From Takakia lepidozioides (lineage: Eukaryota > Plantae > Bryophyta), in contig CM060734.1 of the NCBI GenBank assembly GCA_030704615.1, positions 57,040,001-57,104,000 of the forward strand: DNA of 64,000 bases, in the 5' to 3' direction. Shown in pieces: positions 12,791 through 24,993 of this stretch. The notes below the pieces were generated by a model that did no database searches, was not told the DNA's origin, and was given only the letters and a program-made list of their open reading frames with translations. The position numbers and the translations under genes were made by a program. Positions within the stretch are counted from its first letter, which is position 1; each line of letters starts with the position of its first letter.

Positions 12791-15700
12791 AGTGTGTCCA
12801 AAGTGCCCTTATCACTCCGGTGGATAGGTGTCCAGATCAAATGCTCTCACTTTAACCCCTAAAGGACAAGGGCCGATTTTTGCCAAGACCTCAAAAACTG
12901 GACCCTGGTCCTCTAAAACATTTATATCTGGAGATTTACTAAGGCCCTGTAAAACTAACCGTTGGAATATACTCTCGACTACCCTACCTACGACCACAAA
13001 AATCCCTGTCTAAATCCAACCAGCAGATCCAAAGAATATAATGTCGAAAGTGGTGCCAAAAAAAAAAACATGAAGTAAATAGGGAAAAAAAAAGTGCTTT
13101 TTCTATCGAATTTCCCATCTGCAAAGGCTCAGAATTTTGTGTGGCCTCGTCGTAATGAGGCTGGTCACGCGACCGTCAGGCCGGCTCATTAATATAGGAG
13201 CAAACTACCTTCATGCGTCAAGGACTTAGAATTTTTTTGGCATATGAATTTTACAACTACCTCCATGTAGGTAATTTTAGGATTTTCTACATGAAGGGAG
13301 TTGCAAAACCAAGCTGGTCTACCTGCATGAGAGTAGTTGCAGCCTCTCATTTTAAGATAATAGGGTCTTCAATGGGCACGTGCGATGTGGCCGGTGGGCC
13401 CCGCGCACGGACGCCCGGCTCCCCAGCACCCCGCCCGCCCCGCCCGCCGCTGAGCGCATTCACCCAGCCGCGGGGCGCAGCTACAGCAACCGCGCCCGCG
13501 CCCCCGTCCGCCGCGCGGCCAGTCCCCTGCCCATGAGTCGGTTGCCTAGCAGTCTGCCAGTCCGCCAGTCCGCTGCTGGCCAGTCCCCTGCCATCCAGTC
13601 CGATGACGGCGCAGGATCGCCACCGTCCATTCCCATAACCCATCCGAGCCCTCCATTTTTAGGGCTGCGAAAATGGCAATGATCTTCCCACCAATCCCGG
13701 CCGCTCTCTATTGACGGTTGTTTGTTGTCCGATGTTGCGGTAGGCGTTTCCATGCACGCGACTGTTTCCTCTTTTGCGCGCGATGTTCATGATGATGATG
13801 AAGCGTGTGCTTGAACATGAGAAGACTGTCTGGGCACTACAGCCACCATCGTGCATATGCTTCCACTATTTTTGCCTTTTTGTTGTGCTTTCGGGAACCT
13901 TCGTTTTATGGTTTGATTCTATGTCATAAATATGGAAAATCCGACATCTGTCGTCGATAACGTCCTCTGCTTGTGATCCGTCATGATACGTTTAGCCCCT
14001 TCGTACTGCATCCCTCATGAGAGCCTTCACAAGTTTAGTTCATTAAGGAACCCATGGGTAACATGGGCGCGAAAATGGTGGAAGCGTATACACATGGGGG
14101 CGTGTATTGCAGATTTCGTATCGGACGATGGGACTGTTTATGTGACCAAGTATAGCGGCTTGCATCCGTCGTGCATAAGTTTGTGGAAAGGGTGGAGAAT
14201 CTGAAGAAACCCAGCTTTGTGATGGATCCACATGGTATTATATAAGGGATGGCAGCACAAAAAAGCATTCGAGTCGTCACGGAACACCATCCAGTCGTAA
14301 GGTCCTCAAACATCCACACGCACCTGCTGAATGCAGATGTCTGAGCCACGACGGGAGATATCTGACACAATTGCATCTGCAAATGCGCGTGGATGTTTGA
14401 GGTCCGTTGTGTCGCGAGTCTTTCACAGTGGGTCCGTTGGCCCGTCAGTGCTCCGGATATTCCCCTTATCGCGTGCATAACAGTCAGTTTGGAGGCGGTC
14501 TACTGGAAGTCGGTCTGTTGGGATAGCAGTCTGATGCCCTTGTGAATTTGTCAGTCTGTTGTGTCGGAAGTCTGTTGCACTAAGTCTGTTTGACTTCTTA
14601 TTTTCCCTCCGGTCAGTCTTTTGGCTTGTTCTCCCGCAGTCTGGCGAAACGTCCGTCTGCTGGACAGTTCTCCTCTATGGATATCAGTCTGTTGGACTGT
14701 GCATGCATCAGTATGTTGTGTCGCGAGTCTATTCGCAATGGTGTGTTCGACTTTCCTTTCTCCCCTTACTCTCTTTTGTCTTCATTCGCTGGCAGGGAAG
14801 TGCCTCCATATGAAGCCGCTTCGCTCAGCAAAGCGAATAGTCCGCTGGACTGGCGGTCCGTGGACTCTCGCCCGATGGGAAATGAGTCTGCTGCTTGCGA
14901 GGAGCGTGATGAATTTAGTACGATCCGTTCGTTCGGTGGACGATTCAATGCGATGACGGCGGATAGTTGGCCGCCTGTGAAATCGCGCCACGTTGGCAGT
15001 GCCATGCCCGCTTTCCCCCTTCTCACTTCTACTTTCTCCATTCTCTTCGCGCCTGTTTCTTCGCACAGTTTTGCCACTGCTTTGTTTTTCCTCTTTGCGT
15101 TTCCATCACCGTAACGAAAGACGACCGTTCTTCCCCAGGTATGGAGAGTCGCGGTGAGCCGCGAAGCGTCCGCAAACACGCTCGCCTTCGTACAACTCGA
15201 AGTTAATCACTCGGTGAGGTTCTCACTTGCTGGCGGGTTTCCATTCCATTCTGTGTCCTCTTCTTGCTTAGGGTGAGTCTTTTCATAGGACTTCTATTGT
15301 CGCTCTGTCGCTCATTGTCCTTGCCCTTCGTTTCATTCTGCAGCGATGGAGGATGCTTGTGAAAAGGTGGAGCGGACTGGTTGGATTTATGCACCAAACC
15401 AGACTGAAGAAGGAACGAAGGTATTGGTACTCACCAGACGAGTTGATCATAAAATAGTGGAAGCATTTGTAGACCTCCACGCCCGGAAGCCCAAAACTCG
15501 AATTGGCAGAAGGACAAGCTCTTCTGTCCCTTCTGTTAAGAGGTAATCAAGGACAAAATCCAACTAAATCGGCATTGTGTTGACACGGGTTGCAAGGACA
15601 CTGTTGCAATGATTCCACGGGATTTCAAGCCTTGGCCGATACTGAAAGAAATGTCGATTGTCAAAGAGGCCACAATGCGCTTGCGCGGATCAGTGCTTGA

Positions 15701-16839
15701 CCCCGCACTTTGGAATTAGACGAAGTGCGCGCACGGTATGGCGTCCATTGTGGTGGCCCGTCAATGGAGGATTTGCAAGTGCAGGGAACGTTGGACGCTC
15801 CCAAAAACGTAAACTGAGTGATGGGGCCCAAAAAAAGGAGAGGCAAAAAAAGAGAAGGCTGCAAGGTCTGCTCGCGAGGCAAGGGCAAAATCCACGCAAC
15901 AGACTGAACCCCGTCCTGGGCGGCAGACCCACACCATCAGTACTGATACTGAAAGTGAATCTGCTCAGGGCCTGGAAGGGGTGACAAGTCCAGTGGACAT
16001 TGACTTGCCTGACCAGACTCGGCAGCAGACTCACACAAATATCGCGACCCATGCCATCGGTTTAGGGTCAAAACCAAAAACTCAACAGAGCACTGAAGGG
16101 CCAGTCTGCCCTGGCACATTGCGCCTCGTTGACTTTGGGCTTTTCCCACCAGAGTGCCCACCAATTGGGGATCCAGACTTCTTCCGTTATTTCTACAGAG
16201 TTGCCCAGTCAGGTCTGCTACGCACATTAATCCGACAGGCGGAACAGAACTGGTTGAACAGCTTTGAAGATGAAGATGACGATGATGAAGTAGAGGAGGT
16301 AATGGTCAGTCTGACCGCCCAGTCTGTTCTCTGTGCTGTTTGAGTCCATCATCGGGGTCACGTTGCCTATTCAGTCTGGTCAGTCCCCTGCGTTCTCTCC
16401 TCAGTCCGCTGGCTCAGTCCGCTCGTCAGTTAGTCTGTTTTATATCGCTGCATTACTTACTGAGTCCGTTTGTCAGTCCGCTGGTCCAGTCCACTGGTAT
16501 AGTCTACTAGTTGCCTCCACCCTACGTACGCACGTTACAGTCTGCTGGTCTGTGAGTCCAGTCCGCTGCATGAGGTGAATATAGAGTCCACGTCCATGTT
16601 CCTGACGTCGAAGTTCTCTGCCGTGTACCAGGATGAACGTGTTTCTATTCGTAGGGCCATTCAGGCTTGGCGGATACCTAGCAATGATGCTCCTTTACAA
16701 GCGACTGCAGTGCGTGCGGAAGTGGACCGCGTGCGAGAGTACATATTATTGAAGTATCATGGGTCATCTGCTGCTATAGCGGCATTACATATTGAAGACG
16801 CGTCGGGGGGGAATGCGTCTGGGACAGCCGAGTCTGCCA

Positions 16840-16975
16840 TCCAGCAGACTCCCATTCAGCAGGCCGTCATCCAGCAGACTCCCGTTCAGCAGCCTGTCAT
16901 CCAGCAGACTCCAAGAGAGCAGACTCCCAACGAGCAGCCTGTCATCCTGCAGACTCCTCTCCAGGAGCCCATCAT
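16840..16975 (+). repeat. 30-bp tandem repeat encoding (V/A)IQQTPxQQP
   Basis: About 4 copies of GTCATCCAGCAGACTCCCGTTCAGCAGCCT-like units. Confidence 0.85.
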
Positions 16976-19900
16976 GCAGCCCATGCCAATGGGAAGTCTT
17001 GTCATCCAACAGACTGGACCAGCAGACTGCCTTTCTCTCACATAGCACGACGTTTTTGCAGTTTGGCGATCGCCATCACCGGTAATTCGACCCGGAGCTG
17101 AAGACCTCACACTTCCCCGGCTTAGGGTGGGAGAAATTAATCCCCATTTGGATTGGCATAATGAGCTCCACCGGATTGTTGCGGACCGCCGGTGGTCATT
17201 TGTACCCTTTCATTATTCCATGGAGTTTTCTATTGAGGAAGCCAACCATGTTCTAGAAGCCGCCTCTGCTGTTGCCATTGAAGCCACAAGCGACCAAAAT
17301 GCGCCGCCTCTACTTGTGCAGCTGATTCTCATGGATGACCCACGGCCTGAAGACCTCAGACATATGCCTATGGCACATCCAATTTTTGGGGTGCGAAGAG
17401 CACTTGTTCGGATTGACTGAGGAGGACTTTGAGCGCATGGCAGCTTCCTTCCTACAACACATGGATGCAATTTGGCAATTTCCGCTCATACAACAAGTTG
17501 ATGAAGGATCTGCATAGTTTGAGGATGGACTTACTCCATGGAACAGACCATTCACAGAAGTTTGTGGTGGATGACGCATTGCACTGGTTTGCATTGGTGA
17601 TGGAGCGAGCAGTATTCGACATTGTTTTGCAGAATCCCAATGTCTTCAAAGTCCTGTGGTGTGGGATCCCAACTGAAGACCGCATCGGCGCCATTGCTCA
17701 TCTCGATGGAGCATGCCTGTGCCGGCAAATCAAGGACATTGGCCTCGTCGGAAATCTCTTGGAAGGTAAAATGTTATGGGCAACTTTCGTGTTTCAGCTC
17801 AATTTCTTTTGCCAACTTTTTTACAAGTTCACATTTGCATAAACATGTGTTGCAGCGAGTTGATCTGGGAGACAAGCAAGTGCAGGCTGCTTTCGACTCT
17901 TTTGCCAGAGGTGCAAGGGACCTTGTCCTGGCTTTACAAGGAGTTCGGGAGACTGTCCAGCAGACTGGCCACAAGAATGTCGAACAACATATTCCCCACG
18001 ACACATGTGGGCAGACTGCCCAAGTGCTGGAGACCGAGCATGTGCACCAGACCGTCCCGGGTAATAGGCCGGATCACTCCCAGCAGACTGCCCCGCACAC
18101 ACATACTCAGTATGTGCAAACAGTACTGAGCGGGCAGCGAACTTTGCAGACTTTGCAGCAGACCGGAGAACAGACCGGCCAACAGACTGCCCCTCAGCCG
18201 ACTGTGCAGCAGACCAGCGAACATGGCCACCAGACTGCCCCTCAGCAAACTGTACAGCAGATCGACAATCCAGCCAGCAGATTGCCCCTCAGCAGACCGT
18301 GCAGCAGACCGACGAATCCAGCCAGCAGATTGCCCTCAGCAGACTGTGCAGCACACTGGCGAACCTACTCAGCAGATGGCCGAGCAGACTATCCAGGAGA
18401 CTAACAGCCAGTCTGTTCCCTGGATTGTGCAACAGACTCGGATGCACTGGCCTCACCGGGACCCTGTGGACGAATTTCTGCTGAGTTCCCAACAACATGT
18501 TTTTGGATCTGCCAGTGAGTGTTTTGACCGAGTCCACTTTTCCCCCAGGCACATTCACTGACGACGTCATCAGGTCACCGGTAAAGCATTCTTATCCAGC
18601 TCCCCGTGGCCTGCCTTCTATGACCTTCCAGGTTAGTCCCGTTTTCGTGCGCTCAGTGGCGAAAGCCATAGATGAGTCTTACGTGATGACCGAACTCAAT
18701 CTGGGAACGCAAAACCGTATCATAGATCTTACAGAAGAGTCTGAGGAAGCAATTGCCGGTGGGTCTTCCATACATGTTCTTGATGTTTCCCAAGTCCATG
18801 GAGATCCGAACACCCAGCCGGCTGTCCACCAGACTGACCAGCACACTGAACAGTGGACACATGGAAGGACTGCCGAGCAACGTGTGGCGGGGCAGCATAC
18901 TGTCTTCATTGATGAGCAGACTGAACCGCAGACTAACCAGCAGACTGCACAGGTCACAGATGGAAGGACTGACCAGGATGGCTCGGAGCGGCAGACTGCA
19001 CAGCTCAGCTTTGACTGCACAGTTCAGATTGCACGGCCTGACCAGCACACTGCACACTCCACAGAGGGAAGGACTGACGACCAACCTGCCACCGAGCACA
19101 TTGCCCACATTGAGGAAAAGACTGAACCGTAGAGTTGCCAGCAGACTGCACAGTTCACAGACGAAGAACCGGCGGCCGAGCAGACTGCCCACATTGAGCA
19201 ACAGACTGAACATGCTGGCAGGCACACTGACAAGGAACCACATGCGGCGCAGATACCGTCTGGTATAGCGCTGGATTACATGGAGTCTGCTCCCTCACCC
19301 CTTGGGCAGGTTGTGCCATTTCCTCTTTCAGCACTGTTGTTTATGTTTTAGCACATTGTGAAATTGGACTAATTCGACATTTTGCTCGGTATCCTCACAG
19401 GATGTTCGTCCCTCCGTCGGCAGACTGTCTACTTCTGTGGACATGACATCTTCCGCCCATGCTGCAAACGTGGGATCAACAGCCAAGAAAGGTGTGGGGG
19501 TGAGCACGCCCCTCGATGCGCGGGTCAGTTCTATGCATGCGACCCACGAAGCTGCAAAGACAGGTCCAGCAAGTGTAAACAAACCTGCTGACAAGCCTCT
19601 GTTGCGAAGTAGGGCAGCAGCGCTACGTTTGTCTGCTCTATCCAGCCCGCCTACAGCTGTCCCTGCTTCCCATGGGAGAGGCAAAGCCAAGAAGCCGACT
19701 ATCGTGGACCATGCTGAGGAGGTCGAGGAGGGTCCGAGTACCAAGAGACCGGCGAAGAAAAAGTCTGGCGTCTTTATGAACAAGAACCACAAGTTGGCCT
19801 TGGACATGGACAAAGATGTGGGTCGTTTCCTGGAGCAGCACAGGTGAGTACTGTGCTCAGTCTCCTCGTCTGTCTTTGTCGTTAAGTGCTTTGCGCTTTG

Positions 19901-20439
19901 TTGTGGTCAGTCTGCTGCTGGTTTCATCATTGTCTGTTGTGGTTAGTCTTGTCAGTCTGATGAATTGTTTAGCTTGTAGAGTGTTTGGTACCATGTTGAC
20001 GTCAGTCTGTTCAGTACATGAGGCTTCCCGAAGGATGGTCTGCTCTGTGCAGGATGGGTGCTCGGTTTGGCAAAGCACATGCTCTGCACGTGAAGGCAGG
20101 TAATTCCATGCTGATGTTTTTTGAAGGGGACCCACGGTTTGAATGCGGACTGTCGCCGGATGACATAAAGGTGGTCCAGAAGGTTGAGTCGGAGTGCACA
20201 GATAGACTCCTGGAGCTGTGGTGTCGATTCTATGAGAAGTCGGTTGAGGCTGCGTTCATCAACACTATTGCTGTTCTTCCAACGTCGACGTGGACGGTGT
20301 TGAAGTCATTGGGGGTGGGGCAACATGAAAGCCTTCTGGAGGTCTTGAAAGGTTGCCTCAGCACTGAACGACTGGGCAAGGACTTGAAAGAGTGCGAATT
20401 CATTTTGGTGCCAATTGGGGACGAGTAAGAACTCTTCTG

Positions 20440-20710
20440 AGTCTGCTGAGACTGTCTCCTGAGTCATAGTCTGGTTTCGCAGTGTCGTCTTGACTCTGAG
20501 CGATTAAGTTGACCTCTGTATTTGTGCAGTGGACTGGGTTTGAAGATTGAGTCTGCTGAGTGGTCGGTCTGCTGAGACTGTCTCCTGAGTCATAGTCTGG
20601 TTTCGCAGTGTCGTCTTGACTCTGAGCGATTAACTTGACCTCTGTATTTGTGCAGTGGACTGGGTTTGAAGATTGAGTCTGCTGAGTGCTGAGTCTGCTG
20701 AGTGGTCGGT
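20440..20710 (+). repeat. Two-copy intronic tandem duplication (~125-bp unit)
   Basis: TCTGCTGAGACTGTCTCCTGAGTCATAGTCTGG...GAAGATTGAGTCTGCTGAGTG occurs twice. Confidence 0.9.
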
Positions 20711-21610
20711 TTGCTGAGTGTCAGTCTGCCCATCATGATTGTGCAATGACGCCATGTTGTTTGATACCATTGCAGGGGGCACTGGAGTGTTTGTATCATC
20801 GACCTCCGCAAGGGCTGTTACACTCACCTGAACTCTATCAGGGACTTGCATAAATGTCCCTTTGTTCTAGGGTGGATTCGGAAGCTTCATGCGCAGTGCT
20901 TAGGGTACTCGATGGACTCACCAGAATGGCATGAGATTGTCCAAGCATTTCAGTTCCACGCGCCTGATGTGCCCCAGCAACCATTCAGCTGGGAGTGTGG
21001 CTTTTATGTCATGTCATTCATTCAAGTGTTTTATGAGTGGATAAAAGTTAGAGCAAATGTCTCCAAGACTGCAAAGCCAGAGAGATGAACACCTTTCACG
21101 AAGGACTGGTTTACTTTCAAGTTTGCACTTGGGCAGCGAATGCAGTGTGCCCAGTATATCGTGCGGGGGTTGGACAATGTAGAGAAACTGCTCTCATGAG
21201 TATGATGTACTTGTCATGTGAAGTCTATGTACCGAAATAAAAAATGCGAGTCTTTTCGCGTACTATTCCAGTGGTGAGCATTTTTGTGTACTGTGGGTGC
21301 TGGCATGTTTTGTAATGTTGTCACTAAACTCAATGGACACAATGGTGTCAATTTTTCCATGCACTGTGCACCCGAGTCTGCTGAGCTTGAATGTGCGAGC
21401 AGTACGCTGCCGAGGCTAGGACTGTTGGGTCTGGTACCTAGTCTGGGAGGCACCATGTCCATGAGTCCGCTGGGACGCTGGATTGGCATAAGTTGCAGGG
21501 ATGAGGTGGAAGTGTGGTGAGCAGACTTTTGGAGTGGGCAGCAGACTGACCAGCAGACTGGCTTACTGGCGCTCGCAGTCTGTTGACTGTGACTCTGTTG
21601 GGTCTTCTTC

Positions 21611-21770
21611 GTGACACCTCCACGACATGAAACCTTGTCTCTTTTCGAGGAATTGCAGACTTATATTGTCTTCTCCGTGACACCTACACGACGTGAAACC
21701 TTGTCTGTTTTCGAGGCATTGCAGACTTATATTGTCTTCTTCGTGACATCTACACGACCTGAAACCTTGC
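21611..21770. repeat. ~66-bp tandem repeat (about 2.5 copies) at the transposase 3' end
   Basis: GTGACACCT..ACGAC..GAAACCTTGTCT..TTCGAGG..TTGCAGACTTATATTGTCTTCT repeated. Confidence 0.85.
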
Positions 21771-24700
21771 AAATTTTCGAGTATATATGTGCTGCAGGTG
21801 CAGGTGCAGACACCCTCTTGCTGGTTCTCCGCAAAACCCTAGGCCGGGTTTTCCAGGCCTCCACGAAATCTCGTCTCATTTTCAGAGACATGTTGTCGTT
21901 GTCGTTCAGAGGACGAAAAGTCTTCGCTGTCGCAGGGTGCAACATTCCAGCCGCACTTTTCGCCAGGATATCAACGAGCTGCCCTCTGCACATATGAAGA
22001 GCAGATCGGGCATGTGCCTCCAGGTATTTGTCATCACCTACAATGCGAAGTATGTCCGCGAATTCTTGTTCCAATGAGGCTAAGACCTGCAGAGGTGCCT
22101 CGTCGTAGGGGAAGTCGTCCGGAGGATGTCTTTCCATGAACTGATTGGATTCGTCGATGCCGCCGGCACCATTGCCCAAGAGCAAGTTAGGTAATCCTCC
22201 ATGAATGGTTCCCAGCGCCGTGCCACAAGCGCGCACAAGGAGGCCATCCTGCAGGTCAGGGTGAAGCATCTTCAGGACACGGACCTGATGCTTGCATAAG
22301 TTTCCCTTCATTGCCCATGGGCACGTGCAACAACCCCAATCGCAATCAGGATTGTAAACAATGTATGTTGTGTCGGGGTGGTTGCTGCTGAGAACGTAGG
22401 CTGGTTCACCAGGACCCAAGGGAAGAGTAACACTCTCAGCAGGAATGTCTCGTGCCGCAAGTATAGAACTGGATATGTACTTTTCGTGTTTGTCATTTCT
22501 TATGAACCCGTGGGTCTTCAAATGGATTGCGTACCAGTAGTGTGTTAGCACACGGCCAGTGAGTTCCCATATAAGCCAGTCCACTCTACGACCACTCATC
22601 TTGTCTTTCCCCATGGCAAGTCTTGCCTTCAGATTTCCATGGTATGCCTCAAAGCTTGCGTTTGTGTCTTGGCTCGCATGAGGGACATTGCGGGCTACTA
22701 TACACCACATTGCTATTTTGGGCTTCCAGTACTGTTCGATATAGTCAAGAAATTCATGTCCTTTGGGTATTTTGACCTCATACGACGGATTCTCCTTGCA
22801 ACCCACCGAAGCGCTCTTTTCTCGTTGCGTGGTCCCCCTCTACAGTACATGAGGTCTCCCATATCCTTCAACAAGTTTACAGCGGTCACCGGATCCTTTG
22901 TTTTCTTGCATAATTGCTTCACCCATGCCTTGCGGACATGCCAAAGGCAGAGGAAAATGAGTACTCCTTCAAAAACAATTCTGCACAACACACATGGTAC
23001 ACATTAGAGTCTTGGGATCGGACTGCAATGGTGGACTGCCGGAGTGGACTGTAACAGCGACCTGTATCAGCGGGCAGAGCCACTGGACTCGCCCAGTGGA
23101 CAGTACAATGCCATGACGTTGATGTGCTGGAATAACCCCATTGGACTACCCAGTGGACTTCCCCATTGGACTTCCCCTAGCTAGGACTGGGGCAGCGGAC
23201 TGCCCAGGGACTGCCGAGTGGACTTGGCAGCGGACGGCCGACCCCAGGGACTGCTGAGTGGACTTGGCAGCGGACTTGCCAGGGGACTGATGACCGGACT
23301 TGACAGCGGACTACTAGTGGACTGCTGCAATGGACTTCGACAATGGACCGATGCTGTGGACCAACAGACTTACCGAATAGCGTTGATTTCTGCTTCGGCA
23401 TCGTCCACAATGAAGGCATTGGGTCACCAGCTCGGCAAATCTGCGAGGAGTGAATCGCGCAAGGCTCTCATCCACGGAACCAGGTCTCTTGTCCGATTCC
23501 TCGCGGATAGGATATAGACAACTGGTATACCGTTCAACCACTCGTCGAAGACCATCAACGTGTACAATGAGAACTGTTGGAATGCACAATGTAAGATGGT
23601 CAGAGCATGCAAATTCCGCTCAATTCTGCACGAGAAGACTTCATAAGAGTGATGAGGTCTGTAGCGGTTCACAATGGGTCTGCCTCTCGGTCTTCCGCAA
23701 CGTACACAACCCCAAACATACAGAAAGGGGCACACCAAATATTATGTGAATGTTGCATGGTACTATGCTATCATGCTCGTACAAGTCCATGGAATCGTTC
23801 GAATAGTACCTTGTCATGATTTGTCCCAAAGGTTGCATCACATGCAACGATACGGTCATGTCCTAGTTCCAGCATTCGTCGTTTCTGCCACGGAGTCTGT
23901 ATGCCAATAGTGAATGTCAAATCTCCATCAAAATGCTCGAATGTTGGTTCTAATTTCTCCTCTTGATAGAAAAAAACGGACGCAGGATTCTGGTCTCTCC
24001 ACATGTGCACACTCTCTGCATCATCGGCGTGCTTTTTGAAGGTTTGCCACGCACGTTTCTCGGCAAGGTTGCGAACATCTTGCTCCAACAAGAAATCATC
24101 GCGGGTCCATGCATCGCCCAAGCCGGTGTTGTTCATCACGTGCTCTTTATGCTCCATCATGATTTGGGCGACCGACAGGCCTCGGCACAAACACTCGACG
24201 ACCCAGGCTTTCAATTCCTCGCTAATGTGTGGTGCATAGGCGTGGCGGGTGTTCCTGAACTCTGCGGACTTCCCATGCGAGGGTTTCCCTTGCGCATCTG
24301 TATACTCCATGTTGTTGTAGTACGTGAGGACACAGATGTCAGGGGCGAGATAGCATTGCTGGACCTTGAAACAACATTGGCAACCACGTTTGTAAGACTT
24401 TCCATACTCCGACTTCTTTCTCCTTGGGCCTTTATGAGGGCAAGATGTTCCAGCACCCACAAGAGGTCCTCCACGCTTCTGTTTTGGATCCTCCACTATT
24501 GCCTTGTTGGTGCGCTTGTCATCAGGACCGTAGCAGCATTGATACCTGGACAGAAAATTCTAAAATCGATATCCAACGACTTGAGGAAGCATAAAATCAA
24601 AGAACTCGTGAAACAAAAAATGGCAACAGACATGCAATGAAACGTCAAAAGGACTGAGGATGGTGCACACATAATACTGGACAGAAATGTGTTGGCTCTG

Positions 24701-24993
24701 GGTGCTTTTCGCGAGCCGGGTTCCACTTTAGAATGGACATTCACCCAAAACTGAGTGGGGTAGTCCTCCAAACTCTCCTCTCCCAGGACGAAGTCACCAA
24801 CTCTATCCCAAGGTATGCAGGCCTTTTCAACATTCACTCGCACACCCATAAACCCATATTGCGTCTCACTCTTCCAATGGAGATCCTTTATGTTGAAGGG
24901 TCCTGGTTTTGCTGTTTGCAAACATTGTCGAAAAGGCCGTATAAGCGGGCTTTCCGTGATCAGTATATCATCGGGTTTTGCTTCCACGTCCAT
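21727..24993 (-). pseudogene. MULE transposase with SWIM zinc finger (At1g60560/At4g13970-like), 4 exons: 24993-24671, 24545-23810, 23573-23374, 22980-21727
   Basis: IPWDRVGDFVLGE, YQCCYGPDD, KRGCQCCF, FTIGIQTPWQ, ACDATFGTN, FIVDDAEAEINAIR, LCLWHVRKAW, DTNASFEAYH, SWIM CTCPWAMKGNLCKH; canonical GT-AG junctions; one TGA (23424-23426) and one frameshift near 22765. Confidence 0.92.
23025..23360. repeat. Transposase intron built largely of degenerate 11-12-bp GTGGACT(T)G(C/G)C units
   Basis: Many GGACT-containing units in tandem. Confidence 0.8.

Larger units (their letters stand above)
7835..12856 (+). repeat. Inverted segmental duplication of about 51429-56290 (RVE-B locus plus QCR6 3' end)
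   Basis: Continuous reverse-complement similarity over promoter, exons, introns and 3' flank; ends at CTCACTTTAA, the QCR6 stop region. Confidence 0.95.
15346..21199 (+). pseudogene. MULE accessory gene: long Q/T-rich low-complexity protein with C-terminal Ulp1/peptidase C48 domain, disrupted; 5' exons tentative
   Basis: Spliced FILVPIGDE|GHWSVCIIDLRKGCYTHLNS..APDVPQQPFSWECGFYVMSFI (His, Gln and Cys of the C48 family); internal stops and frameshifts, e.g. TGA at 21086. Confidence 0.75.

Noticed and set aside
13213-13753. GC-rich P/A/R-rich ORFs (also 24978-25573)
   Set aside because: Artefacts of the GC-rich TIRs
13780-15200. Possible third MULE gene
   Set aside because: Only short unrecognisable ORFs; no gene model can be supported
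21611-21770. CRISPR-like repeat array
   Set aside because: Contiguous tandem units without unique spacers, in a eukaryotic context with no cas genes
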